Counted from the stretch's first letter, positions 37,687 to 49,223 are shown. The stretch is DNA of 64,000 nucleotides from an uncultured Clostridia bacterium (GCA_944390395.1 CALXPY010000001.1:3167-67166), one strand, 5' to 3'. The notes: generated by a model from the letters alone, not told the origin. Translations and numbers: made by a program.

Positions 37687-38419
37687 TCATCGCAAAAAAG
37701 CTATCTCTTAAATTTGTAGTATTAGTATCTTGTTTAATTTTTTGAGGTGTTCCTGAATTAATTACTATTCCTTTATTTATCATTATTACTTTATCGCATA
37801 TATTTTCTGCTTCTTCCATATAATGTGTAGAATATAAAATAACTTTTCCTCTTTGTTTTTCTTGTTTTATAAAATCTAATATAATTTGACTAGATATAAT
37901 ATCAAGACCAGTTGTTGCTTCATCTAAAATATAATACTTTGGATCATGTACCAAACATCTAGCAATATTAACTCTTTGAGTTTGACCTGTAGATAAATTA
38001 GAAATTTTATTATACAAAAAACTATCCATATTTAAGATCTTAGATAATTCTTGTATTCGTTTATCTATTTTTTCGCTTGGTACACCATATATATCTGCAC
38101 ACATTTTTAAAAGTTCATAAGTTGATAATGTATCATACAATTTTGTATTACCAGATAAATATGCTATATTTTGTTTTATTTCTATTTCATTTTCTTTATA
38201 ATTCAATCCATCAAAACTTACAGTTCCTTCGGTTGGCTCTAATATTCCAGCTATCATTCTTAAAAGAGTAGTCTTTCCAGCTCCATTTGGTCCTAAAATT
38301 CCAATTATTTCTCCTTCTTTTGCTTCAAATGTTATTCCATTATCAGCATAAAATTCTTCTTTCTCTTTTTTATTTTTATATTTAACAAATTTTTTCTTTA
38401 AATTTTCTACCTTAATCAT
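37661..38419 (-). CDS. ABC transporter ATP-binding protein
   Basis: Walker A GPNGAGKTT, signature LSTGQTQR, Walker B YILDEATTGLD. Confidence 0.9.
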   Translation of the reverse strand: MIKVENLKKKFVKYKNKKEKEEFYADNGITFEAKEGEIIGILGPNGAGKTTLLRMIAGILEPTEGTVSFDGLNYKENEIEIKQNIAYLSGNTKLYDTLSTYELLKMCADIYGVPSEKIDKRIQELSKILNMDSFLYNKISNLSTGQTQRVNIARCLVHDPKYYILDEATTGLDIISSQIILDFIKQEKQRGKVILYSTHYMEEAENICDKVIMINKGIVINSGTPQKIKQDTNTTNLRDSFFAMIGGVSNEE

Positions 38420-38446
38420 ATATTCCCCTTTACTTTGGTTATTGTC

Positions 38447-39718
38447 TTATTTGCTTATAAAATCTGCAAGATTAATTGAATTTCCTTTTGGATAGTCTAA
38501 TAATATGCATATAAATTTATTATCAACTTCACCTACACAAGCCATTGTATTATATTCTGAACCATTAGTACTTTTATAAGATTCTTCTGCATAATAAAAA
38601 GTATTTCCTTCTATGCTTTGTTCTTTAATTTCAACACTGTCATTATCAATAACTGATTCTAAATATCCTTTAGCGTCATAATTAGCAAGTTCATCAACTT
38701 TTTCTTGAATTAGGCCCATAAGCATTGTTTCAAAATCATCACTAACCATTAAGCAATTATATAAATTAGCAATATCTTCCCCAAAATAATATTCTGCCTC
38801 TTCCTTTGTAAGAATAATCATATTTTCAGGTGATTGAAACTTTAAATTACCAACTCCTAATTCGTAAACATCAGATCTTTGAGTTTGATTATTATCTATT
38901 GGTAAATGATCATTGTTACTAGAATTCAAATTAGCTAATATTATAGCACCTGCAATTATTACAGCTATAACCATTACAATTATAAAAATTTTTATTCCTG
39001 ATAATCCATATCTATACAAAGAGCTTTTCTGAGCTTTTTCTGAAAAATAATAATTTCCAGATTTTTTCTTAATAACTTGTTGAGCTTTTAAATAATCAAA
39101 TACTTTTTTTGCCTTTTCTTCTCCAAACTCTTTTTCTAAATCTTGCATAATAGTATCTTTACTAACTGCACTATGTTTATCTAAGGCATTGTTTCTATCA
39201 AATATTCCTTTTACCTTTTCTATATCTTCATTAGAAACTACTTGATTTCCTAAATCTTGAGACATTAATTTTATGTCTTTTGCATCTACTCCTTCTTTCA
39301 ATTGCTTATTCAAATTAACAATTATACCACTAATTACTAAAACGCAGAATAATAATGCTATAACATAATCTCCGATAATTGCTCCGAAGAATTCATCATA
39401 TTGATATAATGCTTGAATACTTTCTAAAGAAACTGTTAAACCTTCTTTCATCATTAAGCATACTGGTATAATTAAAAACATTGTTACTGTTATAGCTACA
39501 AATGATGTAATTGATAATATTACTGGTAATTTTCTATCAATTTTAGCTTTTGTAATTTTATATCCATAATAGCTACACAAAACAATTAAAATAGCTAATA
39601 GTGAATACATCATATTTCCATATACATACATTAATATCCAAGGAATACTTCCTACAAATGCTCCTATAAGAGCTCCTAAAACCCCTAATACATAATTATT
39701 TTTTACTTTCTCTTCCAT
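38447..39718 (-). CDS. membrane protein with 4-5 N-terminal TM helices and extracytoplasmic C-terminal domain, hypothetical
   Basis: ORF and hydropathy only. Confidence 0.45.
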   Translation of the reverse strand: MEEKVKNNYVLGVLGALIGAFVGSIPWILMYVYGNMMYSLLAILIVLCSYYGYKITKAKIDRKLPVILSITSFVAITVTMFLIIPVCLMMKEGLTVSLESIQALYQYDEFFGAIIGDYVIALLFCVLVISGIIVNLNKQLKEGVDAKDIKLMSQDLGNQVVSNEDIEKVKGIFDRNNALDKHSAVSKDTIMQDLEKEFGEEKAKKVFDYLKAQQVIKKKSGNYYFSEKAQKSSLYRYGLSGIKIFIIVMVIAVIIAGAIILANLNSSNNDHLPIDNNQTQRSDVYELGVGNLKFQSPENMIILTKEEAEYYFGEDIANLYNCLMVSDDFETMLMGLIQEKVDELANYDAKGYLESVIDNDSVEIKEQSIEGNTFYYAEESYKSTNGSEYNTMACVGEVDNKFICILLDYPKGNSINLADFISK

Positions 39719-39733
39719 AAATCCCCCTTATTA

Positions 39734-41545
39734 TTACTTAAAAATATTTCTTACTTTAGGTAAAAGATAATGGCTTCCCCCTCTATCTTTTACATCTTCT
39801 ATCATATTAATTGTTAATAATTGTTCATCTTCATCGTCACTTACTATAAAGCAATTAAACCATCCTAATTCTGTTCCGGTATCATCATTTTGTGAAGCTT
39901 TAATTTCTGCAGTACCTGTCTTTCCTGCTAATGTTATACCACTTATTCTAGCTTCATAAGCAGTTCCAGCTGGATTTTCTACAGTTTGTATTAGATAATC
40001 CCTTATTGTATTAGCAGCATCTTTTGAAAAAACATTTTTTACTAAATATTCTTTTTCTTTTTTCTCATTGTACTCTATATAAGGTTTTATCATATTTCCA
40101 TCATTTACAAAAGCTGAATAGATAGATGCAATATGTAACGGATTAACTAAAACTTCTCCTTGACCATATCCTGTATCTGCCAATTGTATTTCAGAAGAAA
40201 ATTCACCCTCATTTGAGAATTGTGAAGCATCCATATAAATTGGAAAATCTAAACTTTTATCAAATCCTATTTTTTTAAATTGTTCTTCCAATACAGATGC
40301 ACCAATCTTTAGTGCTGATTTTGCGAAGTATATATTATCTGAATAAATTAATGCATTTCTTAAATTTGCTGGTCCGCTATATGTAGTTAAAGTTGTAACT
40401 TGATAGTCTCCCCAACTTTCATCTTTCTGCCAACTTAGTCCACTCCTACCATAATCCTCATCTTTATCCATTTTACCAGTAGTTAATCCAATTGCTGCTA
40501 TAATTGGTTTAAATGATGATCCTGGTACCCAAGTACTTTGATATCTACATAAGAAAGGTGTATTTGAATCATTACTTATTTTATTCCATTCTTCTTCAGA
40601 AAATCCATTTATAAAATCATTGGCATTATATGTTGGTGTACTTACCATGGCTAAAACTTCACCAGTTTTTGGATTAATTGCTACTGAAAAGCCATTGTCT
40701 CCATCAAATTCATTGTATATCTTATTTTGTAATTCTATATCTATTGTTGTTTTTATATTTTCCCCATCTTTTACATTAGTACTTGCTAATTCTTTTACTA
40801 TATTTTCATTTTCATCTACAATATATATTTCACTACCAGTTTCTCCTCTAAGTCTTTCTTCATAAGCATATTCCAATCCTGTTTTTCCAATTATGCTAGA
40901 AGATGTATAACCTTCATTTTTATTTTCTTGTAACTCTTCTTCAGTAATATCTCCAACATATCCAACTAAATGTGATGCTGCTTTTCCATAAGGATATTCT
41001 CTAGTGCCATCTTCTAAAGTTCTAGCAAGGATATTGCCATTTCTGTCTAAAATATTACCTCTTTTACCTGTAGTGGTATAAACTCTTACTTTATATTCTT
41101 CTTTTAAATCTGGAAATATCAAACTAGAATACCAGTTTATATAATATTTGTTATCTTCTTGCCTGTCAAAAGTAACTGTATTATTAAAAGATATTGCTCC
41201 ACAAACAGTATCAAAACTCATAGTATAATCTATTTTTTTATTTTCCTTGTCATATAAAATATTGCTTACTTCTATGTTACAAGCTTCAATTCCTTCATAT
41301 ATATTTTTGTTTCTATTTAGAAAGAATTCTTTATCAACTCTTTCCTTTGTACTACTTGAAATTAGATTAAACATTTCTTCATAATTTTCATTCTTAAGTA
41401 AATCTATATACTGACTAAATACTTCTTCTGGTGTATTTTGGTCTAAGTTTGAAATTATATAATATGCTATAATTCCACCAATAATAATTATTCCTACAAT
41501 TATTCCAATAATTATCCATACAATTTTAGATTTTTTCTGTTCCAT
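39734..41545 (-). CDS. class B penicillin-binding protein, PBP2a-like (MecA_N NTF2-like domain + transpeptidase)
   Basis: N-terminal TM; transpeptidase motifs SSFK (SxxK), YSDN (SxN), KTGTAE (KTG). Confidence 0.85.
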   Translation of the reverse strand: MEQKKSKIVWIIIGIIVGIIIIGGIIAYYIISNLDQNTPEEVFSQYIDLLKNENYEEMFNLISSSTKERVDKEFFLNRNKNIYEGIEACNIEVSNILYDKENKKIDYTMSFDTVCGAISFNNTVTFDRQEDNKYYINWYSSLIFPDLKEEYKVRVYTTTGKRGNILDRNGNILARTLEDGTREYPYGKAASHLVGYVGDITEEELQENKNEGYTSSSIIGKTGLEYAYEERLRGETGSEIYIVDENENIVKELASTNVKDGENIKTTIDIELQNKIYNEFDGDNGFSVAINPKTGEVLAMVSTPTYNANDFINGFSEEEWNKISNDSNTPFLCRYQSTWVPGSSFKPIIAAIGLTTGKMDKDEDYGRSGLSWQKDESWGDYQVTTLTTYSGPANLRNALIYSDNIYFAKSALKIGASVLEEQFKKIGFDKSLDFPIYMDASQFSNEGEFSSEIQLADTGYGQGEVLVNPLHIASIYSAFVNDGNMIKPYIEYNEKKEKEYLVKNVFSKDAANTIRDYLIQTVENPAGTAYEARISGITLAGKTGTAEIKASQNDDTGTELGWFNCFIVSDDEDEQLLTINMIEDVKDRGGSHYLLPKVRNIFK

Positions 41546-41683
41546 ATTTAATCCTCCATTTACAGATTATGACTTTTTTTCTTTATCTACCTCCCTTAAT
41601 TTTTAAATTAGCATTATTATTTTCAAGATATTTCAAGTATATCATTTAAATTCTTATTTTTCAATAGCAAAATTGCAACAAAA

Positions 41684-41710
41684 GAACTTTAAGGAACGTC
41701 CCTAAAGTTC
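41684..41710. repeat. palindromic terminator hairpin, repeat family copy C
   Basis: GAACTTTAAGGAACGTCCCTAAAGTTC at the end of the cps operon; 25/28 identical to copy B. Confidence 0.5.
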
Positions 41711-42467
41711 AAAATAAATTAAAAAATTTTTTTTCTTTTATTTTTATTGGATCATATATTTCAATTTCTCTATTTTCTAATATACATTTTGGATTATCAA
41801 GAGTTAATGCTTGTAAAGTATCTCTATCAATGACTTTTTCTAATTCATTAATAATATTAGGCATATTAGCATAAATAGTATTTTTTCTATGATTGTCAGA
41901 TCCCAAAAAATGTATCATATTATGTTGTAGCAATTTTCTTACTGTTTTTTGAGCATTTTTTCCATAAGTACCTATTATACTTGCATAATTAGATTGAAAT
42001 AGTACTCCCTCTTCAATTAAATCTAATAAAATATTAGGATTTTCTTGTACATAAGTATATCTTTCTGGGTGTGCTATAATGGGATTTCTATTACTTTCTA
42101 GAATTTTATAAACAATTTCTATTAAGTTCATTGGCTTTTCGAGCATTGGCAATTCAAATAAAACATATTTACTATCATTTAAAGTAGTAGCCAAATTTTC
42201 ATCTATTAAATCATTAATAGAATTTGTTATATATATTTCATTCCCCTGAAATATATTTATTTCTCCTTCTGTTTCTTTTCTTAGTACATCCATTCTATTT
42301 AATATATCTTCTTTCGGATGCTCAAAATATCCCTCCATATAATGTGGAGTAGCTATTATGTCAGTAAAACCGGCATTCTTAGCTTCTTTTAACATAATTA
42401 TCGAATCTTCTAAGTTTTTCGACCCATCATCTACACCGTAAACAATATGCGAGTGTACATCTATCAC
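41709..42467 (-). CDS. PHP-family protein-tyrosine phosphatase (CpsB/YwqE-like)
   Basis: MIDVHSHIVYGVDDGS N-terminus typical of CpsB. Confidence 0.85.
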   Translation of the reverse strand: MIDVHSHIVYGVDDGSKNLEDSIIMLKEAKNAGFTDIIATPHYMEGYFEHPKEDILNRMDVLRKETEGEINIFQGNEIYITNSINDLIDENLATTLNDSKYVLFELPMLEKPMNLIEIVYKILESNRNPIIAHPERYTYVQENPNILLDLIEEGVLFQSNYASIIGTYGKNAQKTVRKLLQHNMIHFLGSDNHRKNTIYANMPNIINELEKVIDRDTLQALTLDNPKCILENREIEIYDPIKIKEKKFFNLF

Positions 42468-43240
42468 ATTAAATCTTCCTTCCTATAATCTGAATCAGTA
42501 CCTTTCATAGCTTTATGTTTTCTTTTTACTGATGGCATATTTGAATCACCATAATAATATTTTGTATAATATTCTTTATTTGAAATTGGCATTTTATTCA
42601 TAACAACACCAGCTATTTTTCCGCCAACATTTTCTATATCTCTTTTTACTCTTTTTAAATCATCCATTTTTGTTTGTTTATATGCTGCAACTATTAATGT
42701 TGAATCTGCATATCTAGCCAAAACAACAGAATCTGTAACTAAGTTACATGGTGTTCCATCTAAAATTATAAGATCAAATGAATTTTTTAAACTTTCTACT
42801 AGTATATTCATTTGTTCAGAAGTCAATAATTCTGAAGGATTTGGTGGAACATTACCTGATGAAATAAGATATAAATTTTCTATAACAGTTTGTTGAATGT
42901 ATTGAAAAATATTATTATCTAATTCTTGACCATTTGAGTCTACTCCTGTTAAAAGATTAGATAGTCCTGGAGTTGGTTTAGCTCCAAAAATTGAAAACTG
43001 TCTACCTTTTCTCATATCACAATCTATTAAAACTACTTTTTTACCTGCTTGAGCAAAAGTTACTGCTAAATTTGATGTTACCCAGCTTTTCCCTTCTGAT
43101 GGAGAAGTAGATGTAACATGCAATACTTTTAATCCATTCTTGCTATTCATAAATTGTATATTTGTTCTTAATGTTCTAAAAATTTCGGAAACTGGAGATT
43201 TTGGATCTCTTAAGGTTATTAATTCCTTTTTTAATTTCAT
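42464..43240 (-). CDS. BY-kinase (CpsD/CapB-like tyrosine-protein kinase)
   Basis: Walker A TSTSPSEGKSWVTSNLA, Walker A' VLIDCDMRKG, C-terminal Tyr-rich tail YYTKYYYGD. Confidence 0.85.
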   Translation of the reverse strand: MKLKKELITLRDPKSPVSEIFRTLRTNIQFMNSKNGLKVLHVTSTSPSEGKSWVTSNLAVTFAQAGKKVVLIDCDMRKGRQFSIFGAKPTPGLSNLLTGVDSNGQELDNNIFQYIQQTVIENLYLISSGNVPPNPSELLTSEQMNILVESLKNSFDLIILDGTPCNLVTDSVVLARYADSTLIVAAYKQTKMDDLKRVKRDIENVGGKIAGVVMNKMPISNKEYYTKYYYGDSNMPSVKRKHKAMKGTDSDYRKEDLM

Positions 43241-43965
43241 TTTCTTTTTCCTCCTCTTCCTGTTAATTTTGTATCATTGAAATCACAAGCTGGCAAAGTT
43301 GTAAGTACTAACATTCCTGTTGATTTTTCTACTTCTTCCTTAGACTTTATAGTTGTATCTAGCATATTTAGAACTATAGCATATCCTATAGCAACAATAA
43401 CTCCTATCAAGCCAAACATAAACAAATCTTTTGTATGATTTACATTGTATGGCGCTGTTGGTTCTTCTGCTTCATATACAATATGTACGTTATCTATATT
43501 ATATATTTCTTTAGCAACTCTTTGTGTAAATACACTAGCTAATTCATTTGCAATGTTTTTTGCTTGTACTGGATCATAATCTGTAACAGTAATACTTATA
43601 ATTTCTGTAGAATTAACCGATTTTACAGTAATATTATTTTTCAATTCATTTGCTGAAATATCTATTCCTAAATTATTTATAACTTCATCTAGAATATTTT
43701 TTCCTTTTATTAAAGTACTATATGTAGCAACAAGCTTTTGATTTAAAGTAATCTCTGTTGTAGTAACACCCAAATCTTCCACACTAGAATTATTAGAATT
43801 GGTACTATTTACCAAAATAAGCTGTGTTTCAGCCTGATATTTTGGCACAACATATACATAAGAGTATATAATTCCTATAACTACAAAAATTGCTACTATA
43901 ATAAGCATCTGGATTTTTCTACTCCAAAATATGTTAAAAATTTCCTTTAAGTTTAATTCACTCAT
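43237..43965 (-). CDS. chain-length determinant / BY-kinase modulator (CpsC/Wzz-like)
   Basis: Two TM helices flanking a periplasmic domain; overlaps the kinase gene. Confidence 0.75.
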   Translation of the reverse strand: MSELNLKEIFNIFWSRKIQMLIIVAIFVVIGIIYSYVYVVPKYQAETQLILVNSTNSNNSSVEDLGVTTTEITLNQKLVATYSTLIKGKNILDEVINNLGIDISANELKNNITVKSVNSTEIISITVTDYDPVQAKNIANELASVFTQRVAKEIYNIDNVHIVYEAEEPTAPYNVNHTKDLFMFGLIGVIVAIGYAIVLNMLDTTIKSKEEVEKSTGMLVLTTLPACDFNDTKLTGRGGKRK

Positions 43966-44054
43966 AAACTTTCCTCCATTTTTTCTATTCCCTTTTATTT
44001 CCTTTTATATTATATAGTTAAGTTCAAATAAGATCAAGTATAATTTGATTTTTT

Positions 44055-44852
44055 TTAATAACCTTTACAATATTTTTCTGGAATATAAATTTTATAATTT
44101 TCATTTAAACTATCTATTTCTTGTATTTCCTTCTTTTCTAATTCAAAGTCAAATATATCTATATTTTGTTTTAGACGTTTATATTTTGTAGATTTCGGTA
44201 ATGGAATAATTTCGTTTTGTATATTCCACTTTAATATAATTTGTGGAATAGATTTATTATACTTTACTGCCAACCTATTTAAAATATCGTTCTTTACAAT
44301 CTTATCTTGCATTAGTCCTAAAGGACAATATGCTTGTACTTGAATAGATTTTTCTTTGCAATATTGTATAACTTCTTTTTCTGTATTTAAAGGATGTATT
44401 TCAATCTGATTAACCATTGGAATAACATCACAATGTTTCAACAATTCCTCTAAATGTCTAATTTGAAAATTGCAAACTCCTATAGCTCTTGCTTTTCCCT
44501 CTTTGTACAAATTTTCCATCTGCTTCCATGCATCTATATAGTTGTTTGGGTAAGGCCAATGCATCAAATACAAATCGACGTAATTTGTCCCTAATCTTTC
44601 TAGACTACCTTCTAATTCTTTTCTTAAATCTATATTTTTATCACTTAAATTAAATTTTGTTGTAATAAATATTTTTTTTCTATTAATAAATTCTATCTTC
44701 TTTGCTCTACCAAACCATTTTTCATTTCCATAAGCATGTGCCAAGTCATAACCTTCATATCCAAGAATTCTTGATTTTAATAGTGTAGATACCATTTTTT
44801 CTCTATTAATTTGATATGTTCCGTAAAAATATATTAGGAATCTCAACACCAT
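44055..44852 (-). CDS. aldo/keto reductase
   Basis: AKR motifs DLAHAYGNE, DLYLMHWP, IGVCNF; possibly N-terminally short. Confidence 0.75.
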   Translation of the reverse strand: MVLRFLIYFYGTYQINREKMVSTLLKSRILGYEGYDLAHAYGNEKWFGRAKKIEFINRKKIFITTKFNLSDKNIDLRKELEGSLERLGTNYVDLYLMHWPYPNNYIDAWKQMENLYKEGKARAIGVCNFQIRHLEELLKHCDVIPMVNQIEIHPLNTEKEVIQYCKEKSIQVQAYCPLGLMQDKIVKNDILNRLAVKYNKSIPQIILKWNIQNEIIPLPKSTKYKRLKQNIDIFDFELEKKEIQEIDSLNENYKIYIPEKYCKGY

Positions 44853-44912
44853 TATATAATTTAAACTTACTATTCATAATTTCATTCCTTCCAACTCTAC
44901 AGATTAATTATT

Positions 44913-45854
44913 TTACCAATAATTAATTTTTTTCAAATCACTAATTACCCTATTAGTAAACTTTTTTCTTCCTACACTATTTAAGAAATCTATTTGCTGA
45001 TATAATTCTTTACTAGTAAATTCTTTATCGTTTAAATAGTCCAAAACCGGAACTTTTTGCTTATTGGCTATTTCAATATTATTGTACATATACTTTTTTA
45101 AGAATATACTAGAAAATCTATTATATAATATATCACTTATTGGAGGAATAACAATTACTGGTCTATAATTATTCTTTATACAAAATTCAATCATTTCCTC
45201 CAAGATTTTTGTAGTCTTTTTAAAGTTATCCTGTGTTATTTCAGCTACTTTATCTGATTTTAAGCTATCTGATTTTGCTTCATTTAACCAATCTTTTTCC
45301 CTTATATTTGCTAATTTTTCAAGTTGCTCTTCATTATATAAATTCTTTTCGATGTTAAAGCTATTATCTTCCTTTACATCCTTAAAAATATATTTAATAA
45401 GTTTTGGATTTCCTAAAAGTGGAAAAATCACTCTTGTAATATACTTAAAAATATTATAATTGTTTATCTCTTTTTTATCAAGAAAATAATAATATTTTGT
45501 ATTAGAATTATCACCTGGATAGTTCACAAAAGAAAAGACTAAAGCAGGAATATTAATTAATACTATGGCATTTTCTTTCAGGTTTTTGGCATATTTTTTT
45601 AATATTTTAAAATCATAATTAAGTGATTCGGGTTGTATTCCTAAGTTCTCTCCTTTTTTACCACAGCTGGTAAAATCATAAGCATATTTCGCATAAGAAC
45701 TACCGATACTTATTATCTCTAAATCACTTGAGATTCCTTTTTTAAATTTTTCTATATTCTTTATTTTGTTTTTATAATGATTAGTTATTTTATATAAACA
45801 ATTTAACAATATAAAAAACAAAATTAACCAAATAATAATTTTAAGAATAATCAT
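44913..45854 (-). CDS. hypothetical membrane-anchored protein in cps locus (possible SGNH-like fold)
   Basis: N-terminal TM; IISIGSSYAKYAY could be a GDS(L)-like block; weak. Confidence 0.35.
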   Translation of the reverse strand: MIILKIIIWLILFFILLNCLYKITNHYKNKIKNIEKFKKGISSDLEIISIGSSYAKYAYDFTSCGKKGENLGIQPESLNYDFKILKKYAKNLKENAIVLINIPALVFSFVNYPGDNSNTKYYYFLDKKEINNYNIFKYITRVIFPLLGNPKLIKYIFKDVKEDNSFNIEKNLYNEEQLEKLANIREKDWLNEAKSDSLKSDKVAEITQDNFKKTTKILEEMIEFCIKNNYRPVIVIPPISDILYNRFSSIFLKKYMYNNIEIANKQKVPVLDYLNDKEFTSKELYQQIDFLNSVGRKKFTNRVISDLKKINYW

Positions 45855-45855
45855 A

Positions 45856-47379
45856 TTATTTACCTATTCCTCTTATTTTTCTTAAAAATTTGTTACAATA
45901 ATCTTTTTCTTCTTTATTTAATCCAAATAAATACATTAGTCCAAAATATAATACTGTATATATTACTGCTAATATTATGAAAGTTCCCCAAGAATTAAAT
46001 GAAATAAATTTCATTATAAATAGTGTTATTAATGTTACGATTACTATAATAACAAGCGTTTTTGATAGTAGTTCCTTATAGAATCTTTTCATATTAATTT
46101 TTAGTTTTCTATGGTAGTAAATATTAAGTGGTATTGTATGTCCTACTGTTAAAGTTAAAGCAGTTATGATTGCAACTCCTACTACTCCATAATATGGAAC
46201 AATAATGTATGAAACAATAACATTTAATATTGTAGCAATTAAAAATGTAATTGTATAAAATTTATGTTTATTTTTTGCCTGTAGAATTGACAAACCTACA
46301 TTCTGCATCAACGGAATTAATAATCCAGCCATTACTACTAATGCACTAATCCATGATTCTCTATATCCATCTCCATAAAGTAATTTTATAAAATTTTCTC
46401 CAAATAAACCAAATGCTACAAAAATATAAATTAATATTATTCCTTGTACTCTTCCTACTCTTATCATAAAGTCAGTAAACTTATTACCATCTTGGCCTTC
46501 TAATTCCATTTTAGTTGCTTTTGGTAGAAATATTCCTGAAATAGCTGTTGAAAATTGTTGAAATATGCTTGAGAATGTATGTCCTACTGAATATATAGTT
46601 ACTGCAACTGTAGAAAGCCTCATTCCAATTACAACTTGATCTACCTTCCAGTTAATTTGATCAATAATCATGTTTAAGAATATATAAAAAGAATACCCAA
46701 AAACTTCCTTAACTAAGCTTTTGTCAAAACTATATAAATGAATTTTCACTTTTAATTTCTTTAAACATATTACCATATTAGCTAATACAACTAAGATATT
46801 TAAAATTGTATCTACAATTACAACATTAATTGCACTTGGTGCAGCTATTAAAACGACTATTAAAACACCTATTCTTGATAAAGTTCTAAGTATTGTTAGA
46901 ATTCTCGGAATAGCATATTTCTCATATCCACTTATAATAGAAGAAAAGATTCCTCCTGGTATAGCAACCATCATGTTTATAATTAAAATTATAAACATAA
47001 CTCTTGCTTGGTCTAATTCACTACTTTGCAAAGAATTTCCAAAAAATTTGTCTAAGTTAAAATATAATACCACTCCAATAATAGATACTATTAATGAGAA
47101 AAGAATATGTAATATTAACATTATAGAAAGGAAATTGCTTTGTTCTTTTTCTTCTTTTAGATGTCTATATTTTGCTACATACTTAATAATTGCATTTCCT
47201 AAACCAAAATTTAATATAGTCAAATAACCAACAAACGATCCAATTAATTGATACAAACCATACTGAGCTTGTCCTAATTGTCTAATCATAAATGGTGAAA
47301 AGACTATATTAACTGCACAATTTAAAATTATATTAAAATATGATAAAAAAACTGATATTTTTAATTGATTAACTTTCAT
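45856..47379 (-). CDS. Wzx-type oligosaccharide flippase (MOP superfamily)
   Basis: ~14 TM helices, 507 aa, typical polysaccharide biosynthesis protein architecture. Confidence 0.8.
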   Translation of the reverse strand: MKVNQLKISVFLSYFNIILNCAVNIVFSPFMIRQLGQAQYGLYQLIGSFVGYLTILNFGLGNAIIKYVAKYRHLKEEKEQSNFLSIMLILHILFSLIVSIIGVVLYFNLDKFFGNSLQSSELDQARVMFIILIINMMVAIPGGIFSSIISGYEKYAIPRILTILRTLSRIGVLIVVLIAAPSAINVVIVDTILNILVVLANMVICLKKLKVKIHLYSFDKSLVKEVFGYSFYIFLNMIIDQINWKVDQVVIGMRLSTVAVTIYSVGHTFSSIFQQFSTAISGIFLPKATKMELEGQDGNKFTDFMIRVGRVQGIILIYIFVAFGLFGENFIKLLYGDGYRESWISALVVMAGLLIPLMQNVGLSILQAKNKHKFYTITFLIATILNVIVSYIIVPYYGVVGVAIITALTLTVGHTIPLNIYYHRKLKINMKRFYKELLSKTLVIIVIVTLITLFIMKFISFNSWGTFIILAVIYTVLYFGLMYLFGLNKEEKDYCNKFLRKIRGIGK

Positions 47380-47388
47380 TTTTACCTC

Positions 47389-48021
47389 TTATAATTTCCA
47401 TGTAATATCTTCTTTAATTACTTTAGCTGGTACTCCTGCTACTATAGTATTTTCAGGAACATCCTTCGTTACTATTGCCCCTGCTGCTATTATTGCGCCA
47501 TCACCAATAGTAACTCCTTTCATAATAATTGCTCGATTTCCTATCCAAACATGATTTCCTATCTTCACTTCTTTTAAACTTTCATGATTAGCTTCAGTTG
47601 TTTGATGTGCATCATTATCACGTATTATAACATCTCTTGCTATTGCCACATCATTTCCTATTGTAATTTTCTTTTTACATACAATCTGTACACCGCAGGT
47701 ACAATATCCACTTCCGATATTCAACTCTCCATTTTCAAAAACACGTATATCAGTTCCTGTGTAAGCTGTAAAATTGCCTTTTACCCTTAATGTTGAATTT
47801 TTTTCCATCCAAAATCTAGTTTCTTCTTTGGTTTTTGGATGTTCTTTTTTACCCAAAGTTAGTCTACCACTTTCGCAGATAATCTTTGCACTAGAATGTA
47901 ATTTTATTCTAGTATATTTTAAAGGTAATACAAATTTTTTTGCAGAAAAACTCATCTTACTATTTTTTCTTGTTAAAAGATTAATAAAGTCTATATTTTT
48001 CACTTTTAATGGATTTATCAT
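47389..48021 (-). CDS. hexapeptide-repeat sugar O-acetyltransferase
   Basis: Left-handed beta-helix repeats [35 protein letters not shown]; true start probably MSFSAKK (about 47955). Confidence 0.75.
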   Translation of the reverse strand: MINPLKVKNIDFINLLTRKNSKMSFSAKKFVLPLKYTRIKLHSSAKIICESGRLTLGKKEHPKTKEETRFWMEKNSTLRVKGNFTAYTGTDIRVFENGELNIGSGYCTCGVQIVCKKKITIGNDVAIARDVIIRDNDAHQTTEANHESLKEVKIGNHVWIGNRAIIMKGVTIGDGAIIAAGAIVTKDVPENTIVAGVPAKVIKEDITWKL

Positions 48022-48030
48022 TGTTTATTC

Positions 48031-49197
48031 CTACTTTCTATTTTTTATTTTCTTTAACAGTAAACTAATATTTATTCTAAAAATCTTTAACTTTTTAGGT
48101 TCTGGAAAGTATTTTTTTCTTAATTCATCATAATCTAAATTATTCATTTCATTTAATACATGTTTTCTTGATTCTGTCATTTCTACAGAGTCATACATAC
48201 ATTTATTTTGTAAGAAATTATCTTTGTCTTCTATTTCATAATGATTGATATTTTCTTTAATTTTAGCAAACAAATTCCTTCCTTTTTCTGAATTTAGTAA
48301 AACCATAGAGGTTCCTTTATCTTCATCTAATTGAGGTGCTATTTTTTCTATTCCCCAAAAATCTGCTAATGTAATATCTGACCTTCTAGGTAATCCCTTA
48401 AATTGACAGTCATAACAAGATGGTCTCATAAAAGCATTATATTTTAAATATCCAATCATAAAGCTATCTAAATATCTATTTCCAATATATTTTTTTCCAT
48501 TTTCAAATTCAATTCTTGTAGAAAAACTATGCCAACCATAAGTTTTATCTTTAAATTTTATAGCTTTTATTTTAGATTTATATTTTTTTTCTAAACTGTC
48601 TAAATATTTTCTAAATATTTTAGGTGAATTTACTCCTCTACATATAAAGTCACATAATATTAAATTATCGTAATCTTTATTCAAGAAATTAGCCAATCCT
48701 TCAACCTGGCAAGGTGCTCCACACATTAAAACTGTTTTCCCTTCATCTAGTTTTTCTTTTATTTCTAAAAAAGTATCTTCTATTCTGCTTTGAATATATT
48801 TAGAACTTCTAATTTTTTCTAAATCTTCTATCTTATTTGTCAAAATGTGTTTTACCATCCAATTTTCATCATAAATCGCTCCGCAAATATATCCTTCAGT
48901 GTTTAGTACTTCTTTTGCTAATTCTGAAAAAATACCTCCAGATGTACTATCTAATCTTATATTGTTATTTTTACTCCATGCAGCAATTACTGTAGGATTT
49001 TTATCATTATCACTTTGTTTTTTTTGCAAAACAGGACATACTTTTTCGCATAAATTGCATTTTATGCATTTTTCTTTATCTATTTCTGGATAGAAAAATC
49101 CTTCTTTATCCTCTACCATTTTTATACATTTTTGCGGACATTTATTAGCACAAGTATAACAACCTGTACATTTGCTCTTTTCAAGTTTATCAATCAT
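48031..49197 (-). CDS. FrhB-like protein (coenzyme F420 hydrogenase beta-subunit family) with 2x[4Fe-4S] ferredoxin N-terminus
   Basis: CTGCYTCANKCP and CIKCNLCEKVCP ferredoxin motifs followed by FrhB-type domain; family is characteristically paired with polysaccharide pyruvyl transferases. Confidence 0.6.
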   Translation of the reverse strand: MIDKLEKSKCTGCYTCANKCPQKCIKMVEDKEGFFYPEIDKEKCIKCNLCEKVCPVLQKKQSDNDKNPTVIAAWSKNNNIRLDSTSGGIFSELAKEVLNTEGYICGAIYDENWMVKHILTNKIEDLEKIRSSKYIQSRIEDTFLEIKEKLDEGKTVLMCGAPCQVEGLANFLNKDYDNLILCDFICRGVNSPKIFRKYLDSLEKKYKSKIKAIKFKDKTYGWHSFSTRIEFENGKKYIGNRYLDSFMIGYLKYNAFMRPSCYDCQFKGLPRRSDITLADFWGIEKIAPQLDEDKGTSMVLLNSEKGRNLFAKIKENINHYEIEDKDNFLQNKCMYDSVEMTESRKHVLNEMNNLDYDELRKKYFPEPKKLKIFRINISLLLKKIKNRK

Positions 49198-49223
49198 CTT
49201 TCTTTCCTCAATTTCACTTTTTA